The notes under the pieces are model-generated. The model had not been told where the DNA came from. It searched no databases and saw only the letters and a list, made by a program, of their open reading frames with translations. Shown piece after piece: positions 31,807 to 41,997 of a stretch of DNA of 64,000 nt (its first letter is position 1; each line of letters starts with the position of its first letter). The DNA is taken from positions 608,001 to 672,000 of the forward strand of contig CAWFQL010000012.1 of the NCBI GenBank assembly GCA_963817915.1, read 5' to 3'. The stretch is from an uncultured candidate division Zixibacteria bacterium (GTDB taxonomy: Bacteria; Zixibacteria; MSB-5A5; UBA10806). Position numbers and translations under genes: made by a program.

Positions 31807-33924
31807 ATGATTGTTGATATCGGGAAAATAAAATCACAACCTGCTCATAATCATTTAATTAATGAGAAGAGCCCTTATTTGATTCAGCATGCTTACAATC
31901 CGGTGGATTGGTATCCCTGGTGCGAGGAAGCGTTTGAGAAAGCGCTCCGTGAAAATAAACCGATCTTTCTCTCGATAGGATATTCCAGCTGTCATTGGTG
32001 TCATGTCATGGAAAAAGAATCATTCGAGGATCCGCTAATAGCTGAAATGATGAATAATAGTTTTATAAGTATCAAAGTCGACAGGGAAGAGCGGCCGGAT
32101 ATCGACAATATCTATATGACAGTCTGTCAGCTTATATCCGGGAGCGGCGGCTGGCCTCTTAATATTATCATGACTCAGGATATGAAACCTTTTTTCGCCG
32201 CGACCTTTATTCCTAAAGAATCTCGTTTCGGGAAAATGGGGCTGATCGATCTTATTCCAAGAGTAAACGATGTGTGGGTGAATAGGCATTACGAAGTAAT
32301 TGAATCGGCATCCGGTATAACGGAAGCGTTGCTCCAGGTTGACAATGATCGGCAGTCGGGCAGCATAAATGATAATTCAATGGAGCTTGCATATCGGCAG
32401 CTTCATCGTCATTTCGATAAGACTAATGGCGGATTCGGCCGGGCACCCAAATTTCCCACACCGCATAATTTGTCTTTCTTATTAAGATATTATGAGAAAA
32501 CCGGTGATGACGAAGCTCTCGTGATGGCGGAAAAGACATTGCAGCAAATGGGTAACGGGGGAATATTCGACCATATAGGCTTTGGTTTTCATAGGTATTC
32601 AACCGATAGTCAATGGCTGGTTCCGCATTTCGAAAAAATGCTTTACGATCAGGCCCAGATCGCGAATGCCTATATTGAAGCCTTTCAACTGACTCGAAAT
32701 GCCGAGTATGAAAAAACGACCCGCGAGATTTTTGATTATGTCGGCAGAGAATTGAGAGATGAGAAGGGCGGATTCTATTGCAGCGAGGACGCCGACAGCG
32801 ATGGTATCGAAGGCAAGTATTATCAATGGGACGAAAACGAAATTCGGAGTATTTTGGGAGATGACGCCGACCTATTTATCAGAGTATTTAATATTTCCGC
32901 TGATGGTAATTTTATACATCAGCCATCGGGCAAGCGAATTGGCAAAAATATTCTCTATCGAACCTCATCTATCGATGACCTGGTGCGAAGTCTATCTATC
33001 ACCAAATCCGATATCGAATCAAAAATAGAGACCTGCCGACAAAAATTATTTGCGGTAAGGAATATGAGGTCGCGGCCGTTCAAGGATGACAAGATTCTTG
33101 TCGACTGGAATGGCCTCATGATAGCGGCTCTATCAAAGGCATCTCAGGTATTCGATGATAGCCATTTTGCGGAAATGGCGAAAGCGGCCGCCGATTTTGT
33201 ACTCGATAATATGCAAACACCTCAGGGAAGATTGCTGCATAGATATAGAGACGACCAGGCGGCTGTGACGGGCAATCTTAACGATTGTGCATTTTTTGTC
33301 TGGGGATTAATGGAATTATATGAAGCGACATTCGATATTAAATATCTCAAAGAAGCAATCAGGCTTAATGATGACATGATAAGTCATTTCTGGGATTCTC
33401 AAAATGGTGGATTCTTTTTCCTTCCAGACGACGGCGAAAAGCTTCTTGTCCGGCAAAAACAATTTATTGATGGCGCCGAACCGTCCGGCAATTCTGTCGC
33501 CTTAATGAATTTAATCCACCTCGCCCGAATTACGGGAAAGGCGGACTATTATGCGATAATAGCGAGGCTCTTCGATCTATTCGCCGGGCAAATCGAAAAA
33601 TCTCCAACCGCTTTTACTCAATTTTTATGCGCCGTGAATTATGAATTCGGGCCGTCCGCGGAAGTTTTGATAGTTGGTGATTCAGCGGATAAGGATACCA
33701 GGGAAATTCTGAGAACAATTCGAAAAAGTTATTTTCCCAATATGATAATGCTGCTACGCTCCCCCAATGGAAATTTGGCCGAATTCGATTCCATAGTGGA
33801 TTTTGCAAAAGACATGGTTATGATAAACAACAAGCCAACTTTATATTTATGCCGCAATCGAACATGTGAATTGCCGACAAACGATGTCAATGAAGTGATA
33901 CTAATATTGAAAGAAAATAAATAA
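31807..33924 (+). CDS. YyaL/SSP411-family protein (thioredoxin-like DUF255 + alpha/alpha toroid)
   Basis: [70 protein letters not shown]. The start is uncertain (31720 or 31807). Confidence 0.92.
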   Translation: MIVDIGKIKSQPAHNHLINEKSPYLIQHAYNPVDWYPWCEEAFEKALRENKPIFLSIGYSSCHWCHVMEKESFEDPLIAEMMNNSFISIKVDREERPDIDNIYMTVCQLISGSGGWPLNIIMTQDMKPFFAATFIPKESRFGKMGLIDLIPRVNDVWVNRHYEVIESASGITEALLQVDNDRQSGSINDNSMELAYRQLHRHFDKTNGGFGRAPKFPTPHNLSFLLRYYEKTGDDEALVMAEKTLQQMGNGGIFDHIGFGFHRYSTDSQWLVPHFEKMLYDQAQIANAYIEAFQLTRNAEYEKTTREIFDYVGRELRDEKGGFYCSEDADSDGIEGKYYQWDENEIRSILGDDADLFIRVFNISADGNFIHQPSGKRIGKNILYRTSSIDDLVRSLSITKSDIESKIETCRQKLFAVRNMRSRPFKDDKILVDWNGLMIAALSKASQVFDDSHFAEMAKAAADFVLDNMQTPQGRLLHRYRDDQAAVTGNLNDCAFFVWGLMELYEATFDIKYLKEAIRLNDDMISHFWDSQNGGFFFLPDDGEKLLVRQKQFIDGAEPSGNSVALMNLIHLARITGKADYYAIIARLFDLFAGQIEKSPTAFTQFLCAVNYEFGPSAEVLIVGDSADKDTREILRTIRKSYFPNMIMLLRSPNGNLAEFDSIVDFAKDMVMINNKPTLYLCRNRTCELPTNDVNEVILILKENK

Positions 33925-34086
33925 CGCTCCAACGAGTATTTTTTAATTCATAATCAAATGAAATATAATAAGTTAAGATGCAAAATAAACTTGACATTCG
34001 GTGATATTTTCATATCTTAACGAATGAAATGGAAATATTGAAAAATACTCGTTTTTCAGAAAAATAGATTTCGAGGGAGCTTCTAA

Positions 34087-36708
34087 ATGAAAACAAAATT
34101 GCTATTAATTTGTCTTTTCTTTTCATTCGCCAACATTGCTTCGGCAGTCAGCATATCTCCTAAAATCATAGAATATCTAAAATCGACAGGTCAGATTGAA
34201 TCGATTGTTAATGCCGATAGGGCCGCGCGTGCCAATGGAGTTTGGGCACCCAATCAATATCCATATCGTCCAAATGTAGCGACCGATGTTGATACACTTC
34301 ACTGCTTGATAATATTGGTTGATTTTGATGACATGCCGCATGAAAACGGTTTTCATTCCGAGCCGCCTGATTTTGACACATTGCTTTTCTCCGAAAACTT
34401 CACGCAAACGGGCAGCATGACTGATTATTATATGGAAAATTCGTATGGCCAGGCGCTTTTATTGGGCCAGGTCACGGATTGGTATAGAATGCCCGAACTG
34501 TATTCTTATTATGTCAATGGTCAACGCGGATTTGGTTCGTATCCTCGTAACGCTCAAAGATTAACCGAAGACGCCATCGCGGCCGCTGACCCCGACGTCG
34601 ATTTCTCACAATATGATAATAATGGCGACGGAAGAGTAGACGCGCTTTTTGTTATTCACGCGGGCCCCGGATACGAGGATACAGGAAATTTAAATTATAT
34701 CCATTCACACGCCTGGGTAATCAGCCACCAGACTGAAATGGATGGCGTAATAATTTATGGTTATTCAATGGAACCGGAAGAAACCGGATCAGGCAATTTG
34801 GTCACAATCGGCGTTTTTTGTCATGAATTCGGTCATGTTCTGGGAGTGCCTGATCTGTATGACTATGATTATGATTCCGATGGCACCGGAATGTGGTCGC
34901 TTATGTCAGGCGGAAGTTGGGGAGGCGGCGGTGCGGTTCCGGTCCAGCTCGATGCCTGGAGCAAAATACAATTGGGATTTATCGCGCCGGTAATCTTATC
35001 AGATAATCTGGTCAATCAGCAGATCGATGCTGTCGAGTATAATCCGCAGGTCTATCAGCTATTTGATCAAGGGTCATATGACTCGCAGTATTTTCTGGTC
35101 GAAAATCGGCAGAGGAGGCTGTTTGATGTCAGTTTGCCTGGGAGCGGTCTTTTGATTTACCATGTAGATGAAACGCAACCAAACAATGACGATCAGACCC
35201 ATTATAAAGTAGCGGTCGAGCAGGCTGATGGCAGATTCAATCTCGAGCACGCACAGGGTAGCGATAACGGCGATCCCTGGCCTGGTTCAACAAATAACCG
35301 TGTTTTCAATGATCAATCGGTTCCCAATTCCTATTTCTATTTTGATGTGCCTTCCCAGGTCTCAATAACAGCTATCAGTGATTCCGATTCATCTATGTTT
35401 GCGGATTTATCAATTATGTATCTTGACCCGTACTATGAGATTCTAGGAATATCAATTAATGATTCCACTGGAAATAATAATGGTCGTCCGGACGCAGGAG
35501 AGACATGCAGAATGCTCTTCACCGCCCAGAATTCCAGGGCTCAAGTAGATGATTTGGTGGTAACAGTAAGCAGCGACGATCCCAATATCGCGTTTGGCGA
35601 TTCAGTCTCGAATTTTGGTTTTATGCCGATTAACGAGCCATTTAATAATTCTACGGATCCGATCGCTTTTTCAGTCGCTCAAAATTATACAGCGCGTTTT
35701 GCTACATTCTATTTCGATTTTTCTGCCCGCAATGGCACTTATAATCAGCGGATCAGCCGACGTTTATTAGTTGGGAATCCTGAAATAATCCTTGTTGATG
35801 ATGATGCCGGAACAGCCATAGATACATTTTATACGACCATGCTCGACAGCCTCGGGAATACATATGAAGTATGGAACGTCTCTACTCAGGGATCTCCCTC
35901 ATCGACCCTATTAAGTTACTCCAGCGTAATCTGGGAAACTGGTGATGCTCGTTCAAACGCTATATCTCCTGAAAATGTCAGCGCGATCACCGCATATCTC
36001 TCAAATGGCGGAAGGATTCTGATTTCCAGTCAGGATTTTGTCCAGAATCTTTCTGAGAGAGCCCAGCCAGCCGATTTGACTCTTCTTAACGATTATTTAA
36101 AGGTTACCTATTCTATGCGCGAAATTAATGCCGCGGTTAATGGCGATTCGGGAACCATATTTGAGGAACATAGCTATATTACCGCCGGCAATGGTGGCGC
36201 GGGTAACCAATCATCCCGCGATGCTCTTCTGGTTCAGCAGGGCGGAATAGAAATTATGAAATATCTCAGCGGACGAACCGCAGCTGTCGGTGTCATCAAT
36301 GGTTATGTAGCATTGACGGTAGGGTTTGGCGCGGAATCGATCAATAACCGGGCTAATACTTTTGATCATCGCGATGATTTTTTGCACACGGCTCTGCTGT
36401 TTTTAGCCACGCCGACATCTATCAGCGATCCCAATGCGACATTGCCGAGCAAAAGCCTAATTGCCGAAAATTACCCGAATCCATTCAATAGTAGCGCCAA
36501 TATCAAGTTTGTCCTGAATAGAAATGCTGAAGTTTCATTTAAGATATTCAATATTGCGGGGCAAATAGTGGCGGATCTTTCGGGAAATTATCATACCGGC
36601 GAAAATATCGTAAACTGGGATGCTTCGAAATTTACATCAGGGGTCTACTTCTACAATATCAGAACCGATGAAGCATCAATTGCGAAGAAAATGATTTTGA
36701 TCAAATAA
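34087..36708 (+). CDS. Secreted M6 family (immune inhibitor A-like) metalloprotease with T9SS-type C-terminal domain
   Basis: ILVDFDD, SMTDYYMENSYG, IHAGPG, HEFGHVLGVPDLYD, WSLMSGGSW, YFLVENRQ; ends KKMILIK. Confidence 0.93.
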   Translation: MKTKLLLICLFFSFANIASAVSISPKIIEYLKSTGQIESIVNADRAARANGVWAPNQYPYRPNVATDVDTLHCLIILVDFDDMPHENGFHSEPPDFDTLLFSENFTQTGSMTDYYMENSYGQALLLGQVTDWYRMPELYSYYVNGQRGFGSYPRNAQRLTEDAIAAADPDVDFSQYDNNGDGRVDALFVIHAGPGYEDTGNLNYIHSHAWVISHQTEMDGVIIYGYSMEPEETGSGNLVTIGVFCHEFGHVLGVPDLYDYDYDSDGTGMWSLMSGGSWGGGGAVPVQLDAWSKIQLGFIAPVILSDNLVNQQIDAVEYNPQVYQLFDQGSYDSQYFLVENRQRRLFDVSLPGSGLLIYHVDETQPNNDDQTHYKVAVEQADGRFNLEHAQGSDNGDPWPGSTNNRVFNDQSVPNSYFYFDVPSQVSITAISDSDSSMFADLSIMYLDPYYEILGISINDSTGNNNGRPDAGETCRMLFTAQNSRAQVDDLVVTVSSDDPNIAFGDSVSNFGFMPINEPFNNSTDPIAFSVAQNYTARFATFYFDFSARNGTYNQRISRRLLVGNPEIILVDDDAGTAIDTFYTTMLDSLGNTYEVWNVSTQGSPSSTLLSYSSVIWETGDARSNAISPENVSAITAYLSNGGRILISSQDFVQNLSERAQPADLTLLNDYLKVTYSMREINAAVNGDSGTIFEEHSYITAGNGGAGNQSSRDALLVQQGGIEIMKYLSGRTAAVGVINGYVALTVGFGAESINNRANTFDHRDDFLHTALLFLATPTSISDPNATLPSKSLIAENYPNPFNSSANIKFVLNRNAEVSFKIFNIAGQIVADLSGNYHTGENIVNWDASKFTSGVYFYNIRTDEASIAKKMILIK

Positions 36709-36731
36709 TTCTAAAATATATTTAGCCTATG

Positions 36732-36772
36732 AAGAATATGAGGTTTTGCCGAAAAACCTCATATTCTTTTTT
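36732..36772 (+). terminator. Rho-independent terminator
   Basis: 15-bp stem AAGAATATGAGGTTT/AAACCTCATATTCTT followed by a T run. Confidence 0.85.
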
Positions 36773-36926
36773 CACTATTTATTTCTCATATAACCAGTAA
36801 CAATGCGTGCGACCTGTGAAGCAGATTGCACACATTTTATCATCAGAATAGGGACTTCCAATTGGGGGAATACGACAACTCCGTTTGACATTTGGAATCC
36901 GACATTAATTTTACTGCTAATCTTTT

Positions 36927-36939
36927 TAACTCATTGATA
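36927..36939 (-). promoter_or_regulatory. IHF-binding site
   Basis: The reverse complement TATCAATGAGTTA exactly matches WATCAANNNNTTR and lies about 60 bp upstream of a -24/-12 element. Confidence 0.6.
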
Positions 36940-36997
36940 AATAATGCGTTATATATTTAAGATTGAGCCATTAAAGCGGCAATTTCGTGGCTTTGCA

Positions 36998-37013
36998 GGG
37001 CACGCATTTTGCT
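36998..37013 (+). promoter_or_regulatory. Probable sigma-54 -24/-12 promoter
   Basis: GGGCAC-GCATT-TTGCT with correct spacing and an IHF site upstream. Confidence 0.7.
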
Positions 37014-37175
37014 CTTAATGATTTTCGGATAATCGTCTTATTTATTAAAAAATCAATAGAATGAATTGGAAGTCAAAAAAAGGTGAAAGGAGCAGTAAAT
37101 GAGGGAAGGGGCTTTATGCCCAAAGGTAGTTTTTTTCTTAAACCAATTAGACTTGAATAATGAAGGAGAATGGAA

Positions 37176-39443
37176 ATGAAGAAATTTTTAATCACTTTTT
37201 TGGCATTAGCTTTAATGTGTAATATCGCATTAGCGGAAAGCTTGACTGCTGACCGCGCTGTTAATGTTGAGCGGGCCAAAATATCGCCAATTAGTTCGGC
37301 TGATCTTTCAAATGTCGCGACACCCAAGCCACAGGTGGGAATTGCCCCGACCCCCAATCAGAATATCATTCTGCAGGGCGGCGACAATGTTAGCTCACCC
37401 ACAGTCATAGCTTCATTGCCGTACAGTGATAATGGTACTACTGTCGGTTACACTAATGATTACGCTGGCAGTTGCAGCTCAGACAACGGCGCGCCGGATG
37501 TCGTATATTCATATGCTCCTGCCGGCAATGCAAGCATCAATATTGAATTATGCGGCAGCAGTTTTGATACACGTCTTTATGTGTTCGAAAATTCGCCGTC
37601 GACAGAAATTGCCTGCAATGATGATGATTGCGCTCTTCAATCGAGACTTACCGATGTCAGCTTAACTGCTGGAAATACCTACTATATCGTAGTAGATGGT
37701 TACTGGGTTGCCAGCGGCGCCTATGTTATCAATGTTACTGAAAATTTGGCGTGCGACGTAGTATGCCCAGCCGCTAGTATTCCCGAAGGCGAACCGGCTT
37801 GCGGCGATGATTATGTTGACGCTACCAATGGCGGCTGCAATTCAGCTCCGCCGGTATTTGGATCGATAGCCGATGGTGATACCATCTGTGGTACATCCGG
37901 CACGTTCATTTTAGGCGGTTCTGATTACCGCGATACAGATTGGTATCTATTCACAATTACTGAAGCCAAGGATATCGTAACTTCGGTAGTTGCGGAATTC
38001 GATGTTAATTTTTACCTTATTCAAATGGGCAATCCGGATCTTTGCACCGGATATACAATCGTATCGAACACTAATGCGGCTCCCTGCGTTACTGCGTCAA
38101 TTGAATCAACTATACAGCCCGGCAGCTATGTTATCTGGGTTGGTCCCAGCACCTATACCGGAGTTCCCTGCAATTCCGATTACTTTGTTTCGTTGAACTT
38201 TACTAATCCTCCTGGCCCGCCCGCGAACGATAATTGCGCCAACGCCACTTCAATTGGCGATGTCAACGCTCTTCCGTTCTCCACCACACTTGCCACATTC
38301 GATGGCTCTGGCGGCTGCCTGACTTCTCCAAACGTTTGGTATCTCTTTTCAAATCCAGATGGCGGACAGGTTACAGTCAGCCTATGCGGATCATCTTATG
38401 ATACCAAAGTCGCAGTTTATGATGGTTCAAATTGCGATGCCGCTCAGATCGGTTGCAATGATGATTTCTGCAATTTACAGTCACAGCTCGTATTTACGGC
38501 GGCTCCCGGCAGCGACTATCTTATTGAAATCGGCGGCTGGCAGTCCTCTATTGGAGACGGTGTCTTGACAGTCACAACAGCCGCTCCTCCGCAGGATCCA
38601 TGCACCAATTCGGTATACCATAATGGTTCGCCTGATTGGATTAATGGATTAGCATGCGACCGCAGAGCCGATGGCAGTCTCGAAGCCTGGATTGTCGACG
38701 ATGTCGTCGTAAGCAGCAGCATAGATATCGAAGAACTCCATTTCTGGACATTGACTCAGAATGGCTATGATTTCCAGAATACAGGCGACGTAGTTATTTA
38801 CAATAATGACGGCGCAAATGGGACTCCCGGCTCAGTAGTAGTTGAGCTTAATGATGTGCCCGCGACAAGAGAGGATCTTGGCGAAACTCATTTCAATATT
38901 CCAGCCTACATCTATGAAATTTCAGGCTTGAATATTCATCTCAATGCTGGAACCTACTTCATCGGCATGCGTCCGGTCAATTCCGGCACTATCGCCCAGA
39001 ACTACTGGGGTACAACAGCTGTCAACGGCTCCGAAATCTATTTCAAATCAGTCTATTTTGGTTATCCGAACTTTGTACCGGGTAGCACATTATTCGGCGG
39101 CGCTTACGATGTAGCATTCTGTATCTCCGGTACCGCTACTTCAGTTGACGACAATAATGTTCCTACCAAGGTCAATATTCTTTCCAACTATCCGAACCCG
39201 TTCAATCCATCAACCGATATTTCCTTCGCGGCTTTGAAGAACGGCGATGTCAGACTTGAAGTCTTCAACCTTACCGGTCAGAAAGTAAGAACCTTGATCG
39301 ATGGTTATATGATGTCAGGTCCGAAGTCGGTTAAGTGGGATGGTAAATCCGATAATGGCTCTTCGGTTTCATCCGGCGTCTATTACTACAAACTCACGAC
39401 AGAAGACGGAGTTCAGGTTAAGAAGATGACTCTCATGAAGTAG
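37176..39443 (+). CDS. Secreted Cys-rich multidomain protein (PPC-like repeats) with T9SS-type/FlgD-Ig C-terminal domain
   Basis: Signal peptide; duplicated LCGSS(F/Y)DT..CNDDxCxLQS modules; NYPNPFN..KKMTLMK. Confidence 0.82.
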   Translation: MKKFLITFLALALMCNIALAESLTADRAVNVERAKISPISSADLSNVATPKPQVGIAPTPNQNIILQGGDNVSSPTVIASLPYSDNGTTVGYTNDYAGSCSSDNGAPDVVYSYAPAGNASINIELCGSSFDTRLYVFENSPSTEIACNDDDCALQSRLTDVSLTAGNTYYIVVDGYWVASGAYVINVTENLACDVVCPAASIPEGEPACGDDYVDATNGGCNSAPPVFGSIADGDTICGTSGTFILGGSDYRDTDWYLFTITEAKDIVTSVVAEFDVNFYLIQMGNPDLCTGYTIVSNTNAAPCVTASIESTIQPGSYVIWVGPSTYTGVPCNSDYFVSLNFTNPPGPPANDNCANATSIGDVNALPFSTTLATFDGSGGCLTSPNVWYLFSNPDGGQVTVSLCGSSYDTKVAVYDGSNCDAAQIGCNDDFCNLQSQLVFTAAPGSDYLIEIGGWQSSIGDGVLTVTTAAPPQDPCTNSVYHNGSPDWINGLACDRRADGSLEAWIVDDVVVSSSIDIEELHFWTLTQNGYDFQNTGDVVIYNNDGANGTPGSVVVELNDVPATREDLGETHFNIPAYIYEISGLNIHLNAGTYFIGMRPVNSGTIAQNYWGTTAVNGSEIYFKSVYFGYPNFVPGSTLFGGAYDVAFCISGTATSVDDNNVPTKVNILSNYPNPFNPSTDISFAALKNGDVRLEVFNLTGQKVRTLIDGYMMSGPKSVKWDGKSDNGSSVSSGVYYYKLTTEDGVQVKKMTLMK

Positions 39444-39470
39444 TCTTTTTCTAAGCAAATAAACTCTAAC

Positions 39471-39500
39471 AGCCCCTTCCAATTCGGGAGGGGCTTTTTT
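39471..39500 (+). terminator. Rho-independent terminator
   Basis: AGCCCCTTCC-loop-GGGAGGGGCT followed by a T run. Confidence 0.85.
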
Positions 39501-39514
39501 AATTCACAAAAATC

Positions 39515-39543
39515 TTGACAATGTTAATCGCAAAATCTATGAT
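39515..39543 (+). promoter_or_regulatory. Sigma-70-type promoter
   Basis: TTGACA-17 bp-TATGAT directly upstream of the riboswitch. Confidence 0.75.
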
Positions 39544-39549
39544 TTCGCT

Positions 39550-39710
39550 GTTGTAAGCAGGGTCTAAAGACCCCGATGGGAAGATGGTGAGATGCCATCA
39601 CAGCCCCGCTACTGTAAGCGGATAAGCGCCATGATATAAGCCACTCCGGAAAGCCGGGGGAAGGCATGGCCGCCTCGCAAGAGGTTCGCAAGTCAGGATA
39701 CCATCGCATG
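39550..39710 (+). ncRNA. Cobalamin riboswitch
   Basis: GGGAA..GGTG..GCCCCGCTACTGTAA..GCCACT..GGGAAGG..AAGTCAGGATACC (B12 box), upstream of a TonB-dependent receptor. Confidence 0.92.
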
Positions 39711-39743
39711 AATAATCACTTACCTTCGAGGGCGAGGTTGGGA

Positions 39744-41997
39744 GTGATAAGCAGAGACTTAAAATTTCATAAGGCATTTTACTTTAATTGCGTTATTTGG
39801 CATTCGAATTATTTTAGATATCAAAAATCAATAATCTCGATTAGTGTAATTGCCATAATACTGGTTTTTGGCTTTTGCTCAGATATTTTTTGTCAAAGCG
39901 AAATAAAGATATCCGGCGAAGTAATAGATCAATCTACTGGCGCGCCGATTCCTGGTGTTATTGTCACATGTAATAACCTTAATAAAACGGCAATTTCGGA
40001 TAATAGGGGATATTTCTATTTTGTCGATCTGCCGAATGGCACAGTCCTACTTGCGGCCAAAAGAATCGGTTATAAAGATTCATCGCCCATCAATGCGGAA
40101 ATAAACAACAATTCTGCGAATCGAATAACAATCCTGATGTATCCGGAGCCCCTGATAACTGAGCCGCAAGAGATTTTGGGCAGTCGTCTTCAGCCAGTAA
40201 CTATCGAGAATGTCGGGAATAAGACTTATGTGGAAATTAGAGGCGAGAATTCCGAGCCTATCGAACAGATAATTGATCGCATCCCGGAATTGGAATTAGT
40301 GCATTCAGGATCATCGGAGTTTCTGCGAATCAGGGGAGCGCAACTCAACGGCACCCTGGTGATGTTGGATGGCCGGGAAATAAATTCAGGATTGACATCG
40401 AAGGGTGATATCTCATCAATTCCCTTCGCGTCTGTCAGAAAAATCGAAATTATCAGAGGTGGAAACTATGAACTATCTGGTCTGGCCGGAAGCGTTAATT
40501 TTATTACCACACAATTTAATAATAAAGTCTCGGCGGCTGCTAATATCGATAGGGGAAGTTTTGGTTATGAATCATATAATCTGACTCTGAGTAAACCACT
40601 AAATTCCTGGCTAAATCTTGGTATTGATTCCAAAAGCACATATTCAAGAGGCGATTTTAAATATTCCAATCCTCGCGACTCAATTGAAGCGCGACGGAAT
40701 AATTACTTTAAGGATGTGAATATATTCGGCCGTTTGAATTTTGATTTTAGTCCGCTTAAAGTCAATATTAAGGGTCGGCTATTCAAAAGAAATGCGGGAG
40801 TTCCGGGGCCGATGCTTCAGCTTACCCCACTGGCGAATTATACATTGAAAGAAGAAGAGCTTTGGTCCGATGCGACTCTGGCTCTCGGAAACCGATCCGA
40901 AATTGGATATATCGCCGGGATATCAAACAGGCTGGCGGAATATGATAGTCCGCGGACACCTGACCAATTTTATACCCTACGAGACATCATTCAAGGAAAA
41001 TGCCGGCGATCTGAAAATCCAATATCAATTTCGCGGCGGATTTGATTCGGATATTTATCTTTCGCTTCGTGATGAAAGCCTCGATGGTGAAGATCATATC
41101 CGGCCGCAATCAAGCTTTGGGAAGCATAACCGGTTTACGAATTCGTTCGGGTTGGGCGCCACCTTCCGCCTTCCGGAGATATTGAATGACAGAATACAAA
41201 ATATAGTAATTATGGGATTCAGAAAAGATGGAGGAAATGAGGGCGATTTTTGGGCGCCGTCAGGGACTTTTCGTTCAAATTTAAAATTACCATTCAATCC
41301 CGGATTTGATTTTTCCATATATCGTACGCGCCGTCTGCCTGATCTGACGGATCTATATTGGAAAGAAGATGTTTTTGCAGCCTCCAATCCAGACCTAAAA
41401 CCTGAAACTTCGACCGGTTTTGAAATAAGATTTGATTGTAGTTTCGATGTAAAAGGCCAATTCAAGTTCAAGGGATCGAAATTTCAGAATAGTTTCGATA
41501 ATATCATTGTTTGGCGCAAATGGAGCGGAGATAAATTCAAGCCTGTTAATATTTCGAAATCCGAAATTTCGGGTTGGGATTTCTCGGCAGAGTACAAATC
41601 CGCATTTATTCCAATGACTATCTCCTGGAACGCCGATATCATCAAGCCTCTAAATAAAGAGCCCGAGATTGTTCATCACAACAAATACCTGACTTTCAGG
41701 CCAATTGGCACTCAATCTTCGGGCATTGAGTACGACAATAACCGTCTGAAGCTTAAGCTAACAGGGCATCATATTGGCAGGAGATACACAACCGAAGAAA
41801 ATACTAAATCGCTTCCCGCTGTTTTTACAATCGATTTTTTGTCGGAGTATCGTATTAATCTTAAATCCCTGGCCATTTTCATGGGATTTACAATCAAGAA
41901 TTTGACCGACAAACAATACGAAATAATCGACAATCAACCCGAGAGGCCGAGAGAATATATTATTCATTTGGGACTTTCAAGAGGAGACCACCTATGA
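39744..41997 (+). CDS. btuB: TonB-dependent receptor (BtuB-like) with N-terminal carboxypeptidase-regulatory-like domain, split by a +1 frameshift near 40960
   Basis: ISGEVID..PIPGV, plug motifs IRGA..TLVMLDG..IEIIRG, NPDLKPETS, KNLTDKQY. Cobalamin riboswitch upstream. Repaired length about 750 aa. Confidence 0.8.

Noticed and set aside
39666..39743. ATG 39666 as the receptor start
   Set aside because: It lies inside the cobalamin aptamer. GTG 39744, after the SD-containing hairpin, fits better.
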